Origin: Chthonomonadales bacterium
Lineage (GTDB): Bacteria > Armatimonadota > Chthonomonadetes > Chthonomonadales > Chthonomonadaceae
Length of the DNA stretch: 51,714 bases
Assembly: GCA_038217285.1 (NCBI GenBank)
Contig: JBBQPO010000009.1
Span: forward strand, 1-51,714
Reading direction: 5' to 3'
In this document: piece after piece, positions 38,408 to 48,901 of the stretch
How positions within the stretch are numbered: the first letter of the stretch is position 1
Layout: each line of letters begins with the position of its first letter
Program-made: the position numbers and the translations under genes
The notes under the pieces: model-generated
What the model was told of the DNA's origin: nothing
The model's database searches: none
Seen by the model: only the letters and a program-made list of their open reading frames with translations

Positions 38408-38592
38408 ATTCTCCTCCTCTCTGAGATCGACCACGTGAACCCAGGTGGCCGTTAACGACAAGGCCGGAAAGCATTTCGCTCTCCGGTCACGATAGAAAGG
38501 GTATGATGAGGATGTGGAAGGGGCAAACCAGCACAAGAAAGTCCCCGGTCACGGCGCTCAAGCTGTGCTTTCGAGATGCAAACGGAGGTTGA

Positions 38593-38665
38593 TGCGCCCG
38601 GAGGGATTCGGACCCCCGACCCTCAGTTCCGAAGACTGATGCTCTATCCACTGAGCTACAGGCGC
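38593..38665 (-). tRNA. tRNA-Arg(TCG)
   Basis: GCGCCTGTAGCTCAGTGGATAGAGCA-TCAGT-CTTCGGA-ACTGA...; T-loop reads TCCGAAT. Confidence 0.9.
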
Positions 38666-38677
38666 GTTGCGGACTTC

Positions 38678-38706
38678 ATTGTATCGGTTTTTCGGATCGT
38701 TGTCAA
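38678..38706 (-). promoter_or_regulatory. Sigma-70 promoter of tRNA-Arg
   Basis: TTGACA-17 nt-TACAAT, 12 nt upstream of the tRNA. Confidence 0.8.
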
Positions 38707-38840
38707 GAGTGGCCGTCGTTGCGGAGCAGCAATAGATCGTCCGCTATCCGAGGCTCTTTCCGAAGAATTCGAAGAACAAAATGCCTTGCTCGCCCGTCCT
38801 CTCTCCACGATAACTTTGCTTGTAAGAAAGACTGTACGCC

Positions 38841-41800
38841 ATGACGGAACGCGGGATCGTATTGGGGTTTTACCAGGATAGGGAGAGTGCCACAGCGGTA
38901 CTGGTCGATCTCCGCAAACGCAGCTACCGGAGCGCCGCAGTAATCCATCGCGCAGAAGATGGCATGGTTTCCGTGGAGAGCCAACGAGGGATGCCGACTG
39001 GAGTGCAGCGGGCTCTTCTCCTGCGCTACCAACAGTGGATTGTGCGGAAGGAGACGTTGGTGATTGTGCGGGCGCCCGCCCGCGATATGGGCAGCGTCCT
39101 CGACATCTTACGTCAAAATGCTGGCAGTCTTCCGATCACCTTTGCTTTCCATCCGGTCCACAAGTTCGCCTCCGAGGCCGAGGAAGCGCTCAGATACCGC
39201 ACCCTGCTGGCCCCCGCAGGCCGTCCCGTCGCGAGACGCACCTCGGTCGTGCATCCCGCCGCCGCGCGGGTTGGGCGTGCCGATCCTTTGATGGGTCGCC
39301 TGCTGAACAGCGAGAACGCCCTCAAATATGTCCAGACGATGCTGGCGGATAGCGCGCGGGCCGGTCAGCCCGTCTCCATGGCCTCGGACTGGTTGCTGGA
39401 CAACGTCTACCTTCTGCAGGGCCATATCGACGACTTCCGGCGCAATCTGCCCAGGCGCTACGCTTCCGAGCTTCCGATCCTGGCCGACGGACCGCAGGCG
39501 GGACTGCCACGGGTCTACGGGCTTGCCACCGAGCTGATCGGGAATACCGACACCCTGCTCGACCGCGAGCGGATCGTCGATTTCTTCCAGGCTTACCAGG
39601 CGCAGTCTGCGCTGACGATGGGCGAGATCTGGTCTCTGCCGCTGATGCTGCGCCTGCGCATGATCGAATGTGTGCGCCGCCTTGCCATTCAGGTCGAGCG
39701 CCGCGAGCGCGAGCGCGAGCAGGCCGACTTCTGGGCCAACCGCCTGCTCACGGCTGCCCGGCAGGAACCGGAACGCCTGCAGCCGTTCGTCACGGAGCTT
39801 GCACACGAGCAGCCCACTCCCTCGACTCACTTCGTCGACCAGCTCATCGGCTATCTCTACGACGAAGAGACCGCGCTGGCGGCGGTACGCGGTTGGCTCG
39901 AAAAGAGTCTGGACGTGCCGACCGCGACCGCCATCCAGCAGGAGCATATCGACCAGACCGCCGAGCAGGTCGCGCTCGCCAATGCCATAACCAGCCTGCG
40001 CCGCTTGTCACAGATGGACTGGCGCGACATTTTTGAAATCCTGAGTAAGGTCGAGGCACGTCTGCGAACCGACCCGGCGGGTATCTATGCGCAGATGGAT
40101 TTCGCGACCCGCGATCACTACCGTCACGCCATCGAAGAGATCGCCCGTTGTACCAAATCGGATGAAAACGAGGTGACCGAACGGGTACTGGAAATGGCGG
40201 CAGCCGAGACGCCGCCGCTTCACCGGCACATCGGCTACTTTCTCCTGGATGAGGGCCGCGCCGCGCTGGAGAAGCAGTGCCTCTGCCGACCGAAACTCGG
40301 AGTAAGAGCCAGACGGTGGGCACGCGCCCACGCCACCGGACTCTATACCGGAAGTATCGCAGGCGTGACGGCGCTGGTTCTCAGCCTGCTCCTGCTCGCC
40401 GTAGCCCACGCCGGAGCCCGACCGGTGCTGCTGGCGCTCTTAGGCATTCTGGCGCTCCTGCCTGCCAGTGAAGTCGCGGTCCAGAGCGTCAACTATCTGG
40501 TCACCCGACTGATGCCGCCGCAGTTCCTCCCCAAGATGTCTTTCCAGGCCGCGATTCCCGACGAGTGCCGCACCCTGGTGGTCGTCCCCATGATGCTGCT
40601 GACCCCACAAAGCATACGCGAACAGGTGGAACTGCTCGAGATACGCTATCTTGCCAATCCGGACGCGAACCTCTGCTTCGGCCTTCTGAGCGATTTTTCC
40701 GACGCTCCGCAAAAAGAGATGCCCGACGATGTCGAACGCCTCGACGTCGCGGTGGGCGGCATCGAAGCGTTGAACGCTCGCTATGGAGAAGGCCGCTTTT
40801 TTCTGTTCCACCGGGAGCGCCAGTGGAGCGCAAGCGAGAATCGCTGGATCGGATGGGAGCGCAAACGCGGCAAACTCGAGCATCTGAACCGCTTCCTCAT
40901 GGGAGAAACCGGCCCTGATGTGGACAACCTGCTGCATGTCGGGGAGGCCGACGCCTTGCGGGGTATCGGCTTCGTCATCACCCTCGATGCCGATACACAG
41001 CTCCCGCGTGAAACGGCCCGCCACATGGTGGAGACGCTGGCGCATCCGCTCAACCGACCGCAGCTCTCGGCGGACGGCAGCCGAGTCGAACGCGGTTTTA
41101 CGATCATTCAGCCGATGGTCAGCACCAGTCTGCCGAGCGCGACGGCGACACTGTTCTCCCGTATTTTCACGGACGCCGCCGGAATAGATCCCTACACCCA
41201 CGCGATCTCGGACGTCTACCAAGATCTGGCGGGCGAGGGCAGCTACCACGGCAAAGGCATCTACGACCTGAAGGCTTTTCACAGCATCCTCTCCGGGCGC
41301 TTTCCCGAAGCTCATCTGCTCAGTCACGATCTGATCGAAGGCGTCCATGTCCGGGTCGGACTGGCGAGCGACATCGAACTGCTCGACTTCTTTCCGCGCG
41401 ACTATCTGGTCTACTCCGGGCGACAACATCGCTGGACGCGCGGCGACTGGCAGATCATCGACTGGCTCTTACCGCAGGTTCCGATGGGTCAGGGCGAGCG
41501 GGTCGCCAACCCTCTCTCGCTGCTCAGCCGCTGGAAGATCGCCGACAATCTGCGCCGCAGCCTCTTCCCGGTCGCCTTCGTGGCGATGCTGTTGGTCGCC
41601 TGGTTCTTTTCGCCTGCGGGTGCGGCGGCGGCCGTAAGCCTGTTCGCGGGCTTCGTCATGTTCCTGCCGCCGCTGACGACGGTCGTCACGCACCTGACCA
41701 GCCTCTCGCCTCTCAACAGGCGGGTCTGGGTGGATTTCGCCACCAACCTTGTACGCTGCGCGCTTTTGGTCGCGCTTCTGCCGCATCAGGCGGCTTCCGC

Positions 41801-44800
41801 GCTGGACGCCATCGGGCGCGTCTGGTATCGCCGCCTGGTGTCTCATCGGCTGCTCCTGGAGTGGGAGACAGCCCACGAAGCGCACCGCAACTCGAAGAAT
41901 CGGCAGCGGCAGTTCCTTATCGGCATGCTCTGGGTAACGACGATTGCGATCTTCATGGCACTTGCTCTCTCCCTGCGACCGTTGACCGTAGAGCGCGCGG
42001 CCCAACCATTCCTGGCCCTCTGGATCATCTCGCCGCTCCTGGTCGGGTGGCTCAATACTCCGCTGTGGGATCGGTCGGTGTCGTCGCTCTCCTCCGAGGA
42101 TCGGCGCCTGCTGCGGCAGGTCGCGCGGCAGACGTGGCGTTTCTTTCAGGAGTTCGTCGGGGCCGAGAGCAACTGGCTTCCGCCCGACAACTACCAGGAG
42201 TTTATACGGCACGAAGTGGCCCAGCGGACCTCGCCCACCAATATCGGACTGAGTCTTCTCGCGCCGTTGATCGCTCACGATTTCGGTTATGTCACCGTCG
42301 ATGAGCCGCTGGAGCGGACACTGGCGACCGTGCAGACCCTAGACAAAATGGAGCGTTACGAGGGGCATCTGCTCAACTGGTACGACATTCAGAATCTGCA
42401 GCCGCTGATACCGCGCTATGTCTCGATGGTGGACAGCGGCAATCTGCTCGGCAACCTCTGGGCAATGGAGCAGGGACTGGAGGAGCTGCTCTCCGGCCCT
42501 GTGTTGACCAAACGGGCGTTCCGGGGGCTGGAAGACACGCTGTCGCTTCTCCGTTGCCTGCCGGCGACGGAGAAGCTGCGGGGCACGACGCAGGAGAAGT
42601 CCCTGATCGCGCTGGAGGCTCTGGCCGCCTCCTCCCCGCAGAGTTTGGAGCAGTTGGTCGCCAATATCCGTCTGGCGACTCCCCTGACCCGCCTGATGGT
42701 CCGAGCCGTCAACGAACACTGCGCGGAGGACCAGGCGTGCCGCCACTGGGCACAGCAGGTCGAAAAGCAGGTGCGGGCTTGGAACGAGCTGGTGGATCGC
42801 TATCTGCACTGGGTGGAGCTGCTGGCCGCCCCGCCGGAAGGCGGGCTGCTGCGCTTTAGCCCGGATGCACATGAATGGCGCCGCTTGGCGCTGAGCACGG
42901 CTCCGTCTCTGCGCACCCTCGCGGCCGGAGATGTGCCCGGACTGCGCATCCTTGTCGCCCTGCAGCATCGGGCTGAAGAGCTGACACTGACCGATGCCGC
43001 CCGTGACTGGCTGAAGGCGTTGGCGGAGACAGCCGCGCGTTCGCAGTGGCTGGCCGGGGAGCGCATCTCTCAGGCCAACGACTCGATCACCCGCCTCCGT
43101 GCCCTCGCGGATGGCATGAATATGAAGTTCCTCTACGACGCCGACCGCGACCTCTTCTTCACCGGCTACCACGTCAACGATCAGCGCATGGATACGGGGC
43201 ACTACGATCTGATGGCCAGTGAAGCGCGCCTGGGCAGTTTTATCGCGGTGGCCCGGGGCGAAGTGCCGCTGGAACACTGGTGGGCGCTCGGACGGCCTTA
43301 CGGCTCCGCCTTCGGCAAGCGTGCTTTGCTCTCCTGGAGCGGCACGATGTTCGAGTATATGATGCCCCTGTTGATGACATACAGCTTCGACAACTCGATG
43401 CTCGATCAGGCCTGCAGGACGGCAGTGGACTGCCAGATCGCCTATGGCAAGCAGCGGCATCTTCCCTGGGGCATTTCGGAAGCGGCTTACAGCGCTCTGG
43501 ACGCGCATCAGATCTATCAGTATCAGGCGTTTGGCGTCCCCGGCCTCGGAATGAAGCGCGGTCTGGAGGACGACCTTGTCGTCGCGCCGTACGCCTCCGC
43601 GCTGGCTCTGGCGATGGACCCGGTGAGTGCAGTCAAAAACCTGCGTCGCCTCGATAAGATGGGCATGCGGAGCGAATACGGCTTCTACGAGTCCATCGAC
43701 TACTCGCGCCAGGAAGGGCCTGCAGGCGAGCGCGGGGTCATCGTCTACTCCTACATGTCGCACCACCAGGGCATGATCCTCGCTGCCATCGACAACGTGC
43801 TGAACGACGGTATTCTGCAGGAGCGCTTCCATCGCGCCCCGAGCGTACGCGCCACAGAGTCGCTCCTGTACGAGCGCATTCCGCCGGCGCCGGTCTTGAT
43901 CAAGGGCTCCGTACGGCGCGAACACCTGCCGCGCCTGACGCCGCTCCTGACGGCGACGGCCTCCGGGCGAATCGAGACGCCGAACACGACCGTACCGCGC
44001 ACCAATCTGCTCTCGAACGGCGCCTACAGCGTGATGGTGACGAACTCAGGCGGCGGCTACAGCCAGTGGAAAGACCGCGAGATCACGCGATGGCGGGCCG
44101 ATACGACGCGCGACGCCTACGGCAGCTTCTGCTATATCAAGGACTGCGACACCGACATCGTCTGGTCCACGGCCTATCAGCCGGTTCGGACCCTGCCGCA
44201 GCGCTATTCGGTCACCTTCGCCGCCGACAAAGCCGAATTCCGGCGGCGGGACAACGGCATCGAAACCATCACCGAGATCGTCGTCTCCCCGGAGGACAGT
44301 GTCGAGGTGAGGCGGATCACGCTCTCCAATCGGTCGCTGCGCAGACGGTCGCTGGAACTCACGAGCTATATGGAAGTCGCGATGGCGGGCCACAATGCTG
44401 ACCGGGCGCATCCGGCCTTCAGCAAGCTCTTCCTGGCGACAGAAGCGTTGGAGGAACAGCACGCTCTGCTCGCCGGTCGCCGCCCGCGCGCCGCCGAAGA
44501 CGCGCCTCTCTGGGCGATGCACTGCGTAGCGGACGACGGCGCGTTCGATCCGCTGCTGCAGTACGAAACCGACCGGGCGCGTTTCCTGGGGCGAGGTCGC
44601 GGCCCGAACAAGCCGGCAGCCCTGGACGGCGACCTGAGCCAGACGGTCGGAGATGTACTGGACCCTGTTTTCAGTCTGCGACGGCGCGTGACGCTCGAAC
44701 CGGGGGCGCGTGTCCAGATCGCGTTCATCACCGGAGCCGCTGGAAGTCGGGAAGAGGCGGCAGCGCTGGCGGAGAAGTACCACGATCTTCGCGCCTCCCA

Positions 44801-47800
44801 CCGGGCCATCGAGATGGCGTGGACGCATGCGCAACTGGAACTGCGGCATCTGCGCATTCATCAGGAGGAAGCCCAGTTATTCCAGCAGTTGGCGGCGCAT
44901 GTCCTCTACCCCAACGCTCTGCTGCGCCCTGCCTCGGAACGCCTCTCGCGGCGCGAACTCGGTCAGTCCCGGCTCTGGGCCTATGGGATCTCCGGTGATC
45001 TGCCTATCGTCGTCGTTTCGATCGGGGAGGAGCAGGACAGCGATCTGGTGCGGCAGACATTGATGGCACACACCTACTGGCAGGCCCACGGCCTGAAGGC
45101 CGACCTCGTCATCCTGAACGAGGAGGCCGTCACGTACGATCAGCCACTGCAAAACCAACTGCGGCGCATGGTGGACGCCTATTCGCAGTTGACGGGCACG
45201 GATCGGCCCGGCGGCGTCTTTCTGCGTCCGGCGGGGCAGATACCGCCGGAGGATCGCGCTCTGCTTCTGACGACCGCCCGCGTGGTGTTGATCGCCGCGC
45301 GCGGGTCGCTGGTGCAGCAGCTCGGGACGCCCACGCAGTCCGTAACGGTTCCGCCGCCACTCACGAAAGGCCCGCCTATCGGTGAAGAGCCGTCGGCTCC
45401 CCTGCCCTTCCTGGAGCTGGCTTACTTCAACGGCCTGGGCGGATTCACGCCGGACGGCCGGGAGTACGTCATCTATCTCGGGCCAGGCGACGAGACCCCT
45501 ATGCCCTGGATCAACGTCATGGCCAATCCCTCCTTTGGGACGCTGGTGTCGGAGTTGGGGCAGGGCTACTCCTGGTACGGCAACAGTCAGAGCAATCGCC
45601 TCACGCCCTGGACCAACGACCCGGTCTCCGATCCGGGCGGGGAGGCGCTCTATATTCGCGACGAGGAGTTGGGCGTCGTCTGGACGCCGACGCCCCTGCC
45701 GGTTCGCGAGGAGGATGCCTATCGTATCCGGCACGGGCAGGGCTATACGCATTTCGAGCATAACAGCCACTCCATCGACCAGTGGCTGACGACCTGCGTT
45801 CCCGTAGACGACGCGGGCGGCGCGCCAGTGCGCCTGCAGCGCCTGCGGCTCACCAACCGCTCCTCACGCAGGCGGCGTCTGACCGTCACCCTTTACGGCG
45901 AGTGGACGCTCGGCACAGAGCGCGAAGAGACTCAGAACCATATCTTTACCCAGTGGGACGGGCAGCGCCAGATCCTGACGGCGGGGAACCCGTATCATCC
46001 CGATTTCGGGGACCGAATCGCGTTCGCCGCCTCCAACCTGCCCATCGTCTCCTACACCGGAGATCGGGCGGAGTTTCTGGGCCGCAACGGTCTCTCCTCC
46101 GCTCCAGCGGGCCTGACGCGTACACGCCTCTCCGGGCGCGTGGGAGCAGGGCTGGATCCCTGCTACGCCCTGCAGGTCACGGTCGAGATAGAGCCGCAGC
46201 AGGAGACCGAAGTCGTCTTTCTGCTGGGTCAGGCGGCGGATATGGCCGAAGTCGGCGCGCTCGTCGAGCGATTCCGCTCGGCCCAGGTCTTTGAGCAGAC
46301 TCTCACGACGACCTGCGCCTGGTGGGACCGTCTGCTCGACACGGTTCAGGTCGAAACCCCCGATCTGGCGGTGAACTTCCTGCTGAACCGCTGGCTGCTC
46401 TATCAGGATGTCAGTTGCAGGCTCTGGGGGCGGTCGGCCTTCTATCAGTCGGGCGGCGCTTACGGCTTCCGCGACCAACTTCAGGATGTCATGGCGCTGG
46501 TCTACGCCGCGCCGCAGTTGGCGCGAGAGCAGATCGTGCGGACGGCGGCGCGGCAGTTCGTGCAGGGCGACGTGCAGCACTGGTGGCATCCGCCGTCGGG
46601 CGCGGGCGTCCGCACCCGTATCTCCGACGACCTGCTGTTCCTGCCGTTCACGACCGCGCACTACGTGCGCGTGACCGGCGATACGACGATCCTGGACGAA
46701 GTGATGCCTTTCCTCGACGGCAAGGTGCTCGAAGAGCACGAACACGAGGCTTTCTATCTGCCGACGGTCTCGGAGCAGAAGGCGACTCTGCTGGAGCACT
46801 GTCGGCGCGCCCTCGCGAAAGGGGCGACCGCCGGGCCGCATGGCCTGCCGCTGATCGGGGGCGGAGACTGGAACGACGGTCTGAACCGGGTTGGGATCGA
46901 GGGAAAGGGCGAGAGCGTCTGGCTGGCCTGGTTCCTGATCCACACGCTGCACGACTTCGCCGAGCTGCTCCGCCTGCGGAACCAGGAGGCCGAGGCCATC
47001 GAGTGCGAGCAGCGCGCCCATCTGCTGGCCGGGGTGATCGAGGCGCAGGCGTGGGACGGCGCGTGGTACCTCCGCGCCTATTTCGACGACGGCACGCCGC
47101 TCGGATCTCACGAGAACGACGAGGCGCAGATCGACTCGCTGGGTCAGTCGTGGGCGGTCATCTCGGGCGCGGGCGACCCGAAGCGCGCCGAGATGGCGAT
47201 GCAGGCCGTTCAGGAGCGCCTGGTCCGGCCGAACGACCGCCTGCTGCTGCTCTTCACGCCGCCCTTCGACAAGACCACCCACGATCCCGGCTATATCAAA
47301 GGCTATCCGCCCGGTGTGCGCGAGAACGGCGGACAGTATACCCACGGCTCGCTCTGGGTGCCGCTGGCGCTCGCGCGCCAGGGCAAAGGCGACGAGGCGG
47401 TCAAGATCCGGCGCATGATGAACCCGGTCGAACACACCCGCGAACCCGCCGACGTGCAGCGCTATAAGGTCGAGCCTTACGTCGTCGCCGCCGACATCTA
47501 TGCGCTCAAAGACCGTGTCGGGCAGGGCGGCTGGACCTGGTACACAGGCTCGGCCGCCTGGATGTACCGCGTCTGGCTGGAGGAGATCCTCGGCTTCCAC
47601 CTGCGCGGCGACCGCCTCTCCCTCGATCCGACCCTGCCCACGGACTGGGACGGCTTCACCCTGCGTTACCGCTACCGCAGCACACCCTATGAGATCGTCG
47701 TGGAGAACCCCGACCACGTCAGCCACGGCATACAATCTATGGAACTGGACGGCCAGCCGATCCACGAAGCTTCGATCTGCCTGGAAGACGACGGCACACC

Positions 47801-47855
47801 GCACACCCTGCGCATCCGCCTGGGCCAGGTGGCGCTGCCTATCGTGCTGAAGTAA
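38841..47855 (+). CDS. cgs: Cyclic beta-1,2-glucan synthase (GT84, TM region, glucanase/cyclase region, GH94 phosphorylase)
   Basis: WLLDN, GWERKRGKL, VITLDADT, LLSHDLIEG, RWTRGDWQ, LPPDNYQ, RTSPTNIG, SWSGTMFEY, QSGGAYGFRDQLQD, GDWNDG and WYTGSA; 3004 aa (NdvB/ChvB family). Confidence 0.95.
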   Translation: MTERGIVLGFYQDRESATAVLVDLRKRSYRSAAVIHRAEDGMVSVESQRGMPTGVQRALLLRYQQWIVRKETLVIVRAPARDMGSVLDILRQNAGSLPITFAFHPVHKFASEAEEALRYRTLLAPAGRPVARRTSVVHPAAARVGRADPLMGRLLNSENALKYVQTMLADSARAGQPVSMASDWLLDNVYLLQGHIDDFRRNLPRRYASELPILADGPQAGLPRVYGLATELIGNTDTLLDRERIVDFFQAYQAQSALTMGEIWSLPLMLRLRMIECVRRLAIQVERREREREQADFWANRLLTAARQEPERLQPFVTELAHEQPTPSTHFVDQLIGYLYDEETALAAVRGWLEKSLDVPTATAIQQEHIDQTAEQVALANAITSLRRLSQMDWRDIFEILSKVEARLRTDPAGIYAQMDFATRDHYRHAIEEIARCTKSDENEVTERVLEMAAAETPPLHRHIGYFLLDEGRAALEKQCLCRPKLGVRARRWARAHATGLYTGSIAGVTALVLSLLLLAVAHAGARPVLLALLGILALLPASEVAVQSVNYLVTRLMPPQFLPKMSFQAAIPDECRTLVVVPMMLLTPQSIREQVELLEIRYLANPDANLCFGLLSDFSDAPQKEMPDDVERLDVAVGGIEALNARYGEGRFFLFHRERQWSASENRWIGWERKRGKLEHLNRFLMGETGPDVDNLLHVGEADALRGIGFVITLDADTQLPRETARHMVETLAHPLNRPQLSADGSRVERGFTIIQPMVSTSLPSATATLFSRIFTDAAGIDPYTHAISDVYQDLAGEGSYHGKGIYDLKAFHSILSGRFPEAHLLSHDLIEGVHVRVGLASDIELLDFFPRDYLVYSGRQHRWTRGDWQIIDWLLPQVPMGQGERVANPLSLLSRWKIADNLRRSLFPVAFVAMLLVAWFFSPAGAAAAVSLFAGFVMFLPPLTTVVTHLTSLSPLNRRVWVDFATNLVRCALLVALLPHQAASALDAIGRVWYRRLVSHRLLLEWETAHEAHRNSKNRQRQFLIGMLWVTTIAIFMALALSLRPLTVERAAQPFLALWIISPLLVGWLNTPLWDRSVSSLSSEDRRLLRQVARQTWRFFQEFVGAESNWLPPDNYQEFIRHEVAQRTSPTNIGLSLLAPLIAHDFGYVTVDEPLERTLATVQTLDKMERYEGHLLNWYDIQNLQPLIPRYVSMVDSGNLLGNLWAMEQGLEELLSGPVLTKRAFRGLEDTLSLLRCLPATEKLRGTTQEKSLIALEALAASSPQSLEQLVANIRLATPLTRLMVRAVNEHCAEDQACRHWAQQVEKQVRAWNELVDRYLHWVELLAAPPEGGLLRFSPDAHEWRRLALSTAPSLRTLAAGDVPGLRILVALQHRAEELTLTDAARDWLKALAETAARSQWLAGERISQANDSITRLRALADGMNMKFLYDADRDLFFTGYHVNDQRMDTGHYDLMASEARLGSFIAVARGEVPLEHWWALGRPYGSAFGKRALLSWSGTMFEYMMPLLMTYSFDNSMLDQACRTAVDCQIAYGKQRHLPWGISEAAYSALDAHQIYQYQAFGVPGLGMKRGLEDDLVVAPYASALALAMDPVSAVKNLRRLDKMGMRSEYGFYESIDYSRQEGPAGERGVIVYSYMSHHQGMILAAIDNVLNDGILQERFHRAPSVRATESLLYERIPPAPVLIKGSVRREHLPRLTPLLTATASGRIETPNTTVPRTNLLSNGAYSVMVTNSGGGYSQWKDREITRWRADTTRDAYGSFCYIKDCDTDIVWSTAYQPVRTLPQRYSVTFAADKAEFRRRDNGIETITEIVVSPEDSVEVRRITLSNRSLRRRSLELTSYMEVAMAGHNADRAHPAFSKLFLATEALEEQHALLAGRRPRAAEDAPLWAMHCVADDGAFDPLLQYETDRARFLGRGRGPNKPAALDGDLSQTVGDVLDPVFSLRRRVTLEPGARVQIAFITGAAGSREEAAALAEKYHDLRASHRAIEMAWTHAQLELRHLRIHQEEAQLFQQLAAHVLYPNALLRPASERLSRRELGQSRLWAYGISGDLPIVVVSIGEEQDSDLVRQTLMAHTYWQAHGLKADLVILNEEAVTYDQPLQNQLRRMVDAYSQLTGTDRPGGVFLRPAGQIPPEDRALLLTTARVVLIAARGSLVQQLGTPTQSVTVPPPLTKGPPIGEEPSAPLPFLELAYFNGLGGFTPDGREYVIYLGPGDETPMPWINVMANPSFGTLVSELGQGYSWYGNSQSNRLTPWTNDPVSDPGGEALYIRDEELGVVWTPTPLPVREEDAYRIRHGQGYTHFEHNSHSIDQWLTTCVPVDDAGGAPVRLQRLRLTNRSSRRRRLTVTLYGEWTLGTEREETQNHIFTQWDGQRQILTAGNPYHPDFGDRIAFAASNLPIVSYTGDRAEFLGRNGLSSAPAGLTRTRLSGRVGAGLDPCYALQVTVEIEPQQETEVVFLLGQAADMAEVGALVERFRSAQVFEQTLTTTCAWWDRLLDTVQVETPDLAVNFLLNRWLLYQDVSCRLWGRSAFYQSGGAYGFRDQLQDVMALVYAAPQLAREQIVRTAARQFVQGDVQHWWHPPSGAGVRTRISDDLLFLPFTTAHYVRVTGDTTILDEVMPFLDGKVLEEHEHEAFYLPTVSEQKATLLEHCRRALAKGATAGPHGLPLIGGGDWNDGLNRVGIEGKGESVWLAWFLIHTLHDFAELLRLRNQEAEAIECEQRAHLLAGVIEAQAWDGAWYLRAYFDDGTPLGSHENDEAQIDSLGQSWAVISGAGDPKRAEMAMQAVQERLVRPNDRLLLLFTPPFDKTTHDPGYIKGYPPGVRENGGQYTHGSLWVPLALARQGKGDEAVKIRRMMNPVEHTREPADVQRYKVEPYVVAADIYALKDRVGQGGWTWYTGSAAWMYRVWLEEILGFHLRGDRLSLDPTLPTDWDGFTLRYRYRSTPYEIVVENPDHVSHGIQSMELDGQPIHEASICLEDDGTPHTLRIRLGQVALPIVLK

Positions 47856-47935
47856 GACGGACAGACATTGGACCTCCCGCATTGGTTTTGACAATGGCAG
47901 GAGGACACACTGGCACCCAGTCTGATGCAGGCTCT

Positions 47936-48901
47936 CTATTTTAGCGGCGTGAAGGTGTTGCCGGGGACGAGGCGGAGGCCGCGGGCCCAGGCGTCGGCGG
48001 GCATGCGTTTGCCGCTGTCGGGCTGGGTTTCGGTGAGGAGGAGAGCGGTGCCCTGTCCGGCAGCGACGAGGACTCCGGCGGGATGTTTGGAGAACGAGAG
48101 AATCGTGCCGGGGGGGGTCGGGTCGGCGGAATCCGGGACGAGATGCGAGGCCCAGATCTTGACACGGCGACCGGCGATCTCGGCGAAAGCGCCCGGTTTC
48201 GGACTGACGCCGCGAATGCGGTGGTGCAGGGCGCGGGCCGAATCGTTCCAGTCCAGCAGGCCGTCTTCCGGAGTCAGCACCGGGGCGAAGGTCGCGAGGG
48301 CGGGGTCTTGCGGACGACGGGAGAGGGTGCCTGTCGCGAGACCATCCAGGGTCTCTACGAGCAGTTCCGCGCCCAGCGCGGCGAGTTTCGGGAAGAGCGT
48401 GCCCGCCGTATCGTCGGATTCGATAGGCAGGGAGCGGGCCAGCAGCATATCACCGGTGTCGAGGGTGGCGTCCATCCACATGGTCGTGACGCCGGTTTCG
48501 GCTTCGCCCGCCATGACAGCACGCTGAATAGGGGCCGCGCCGCGATATTTCGGCAGCAGCGAGCCATGCACGTTGATTGGGCCGAGAGGCGGCAGGTCGA
48601 GCAGCTCCTGCGGCACGATCTGGCCGAAAGCGGCGAGCGTCAGCACCTCGGGGGCCAGTTCGCGCATCTTCGCAAGGAAGGAGGCGGAACGAACCCGACG
48701 CGGCTGCAATACGGGCAGACCGTGCCGCTCCGCCGCCTTTTTCACCGGGGAGGCGGTCACCTGCATGCCCCGCCCCTGCGGCTTGTCGGGCTGCGTCACC
48801 ACCGCGAGCACCTCGTGCCCCGCCTCCAGCAGCGCCATCAGCACCGGAACCGCGAAATCAGCCGTGCCGAAGAAAACGGTTTTTAGTTTGCGCGATGTCA
48901 T
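47936..48901 (-). CDS. fmt: Methionyl-tRNA formyltransferase
   Basis: FFGTADFAV, VTQPDKP and INVHGSLLPKYRGAAPIQ. Confidence 0.97.
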   Translation of the reverse strand: MTSRKLKTVFFGTADFAVPVLMALLEAGHEVLAVVTQPDKPQGRGMQVTASPVKKAAERHGLPVLQPRRVRSASFLAKMRELAPEVLTLAAFGQIVPQELLDLPPLGPINVHGSLLPKYRGAAPIQRAVMAGEAETGVTTMWMDATLDTGDMLLARSLPIESDDTAGTLFPKLAALGAELLVETLDGLATGTLSRRPQDPALATFAPVLTPEDGLLDWNDSARALHHRIRGVSPKPGAFAEIAGRRVKIWASHLVPDSADPTPPGTILSFSKHPAGVLVAAGQGTALLLTETQPDSGKRMPADAWARGLRLVPGNTFTPLK

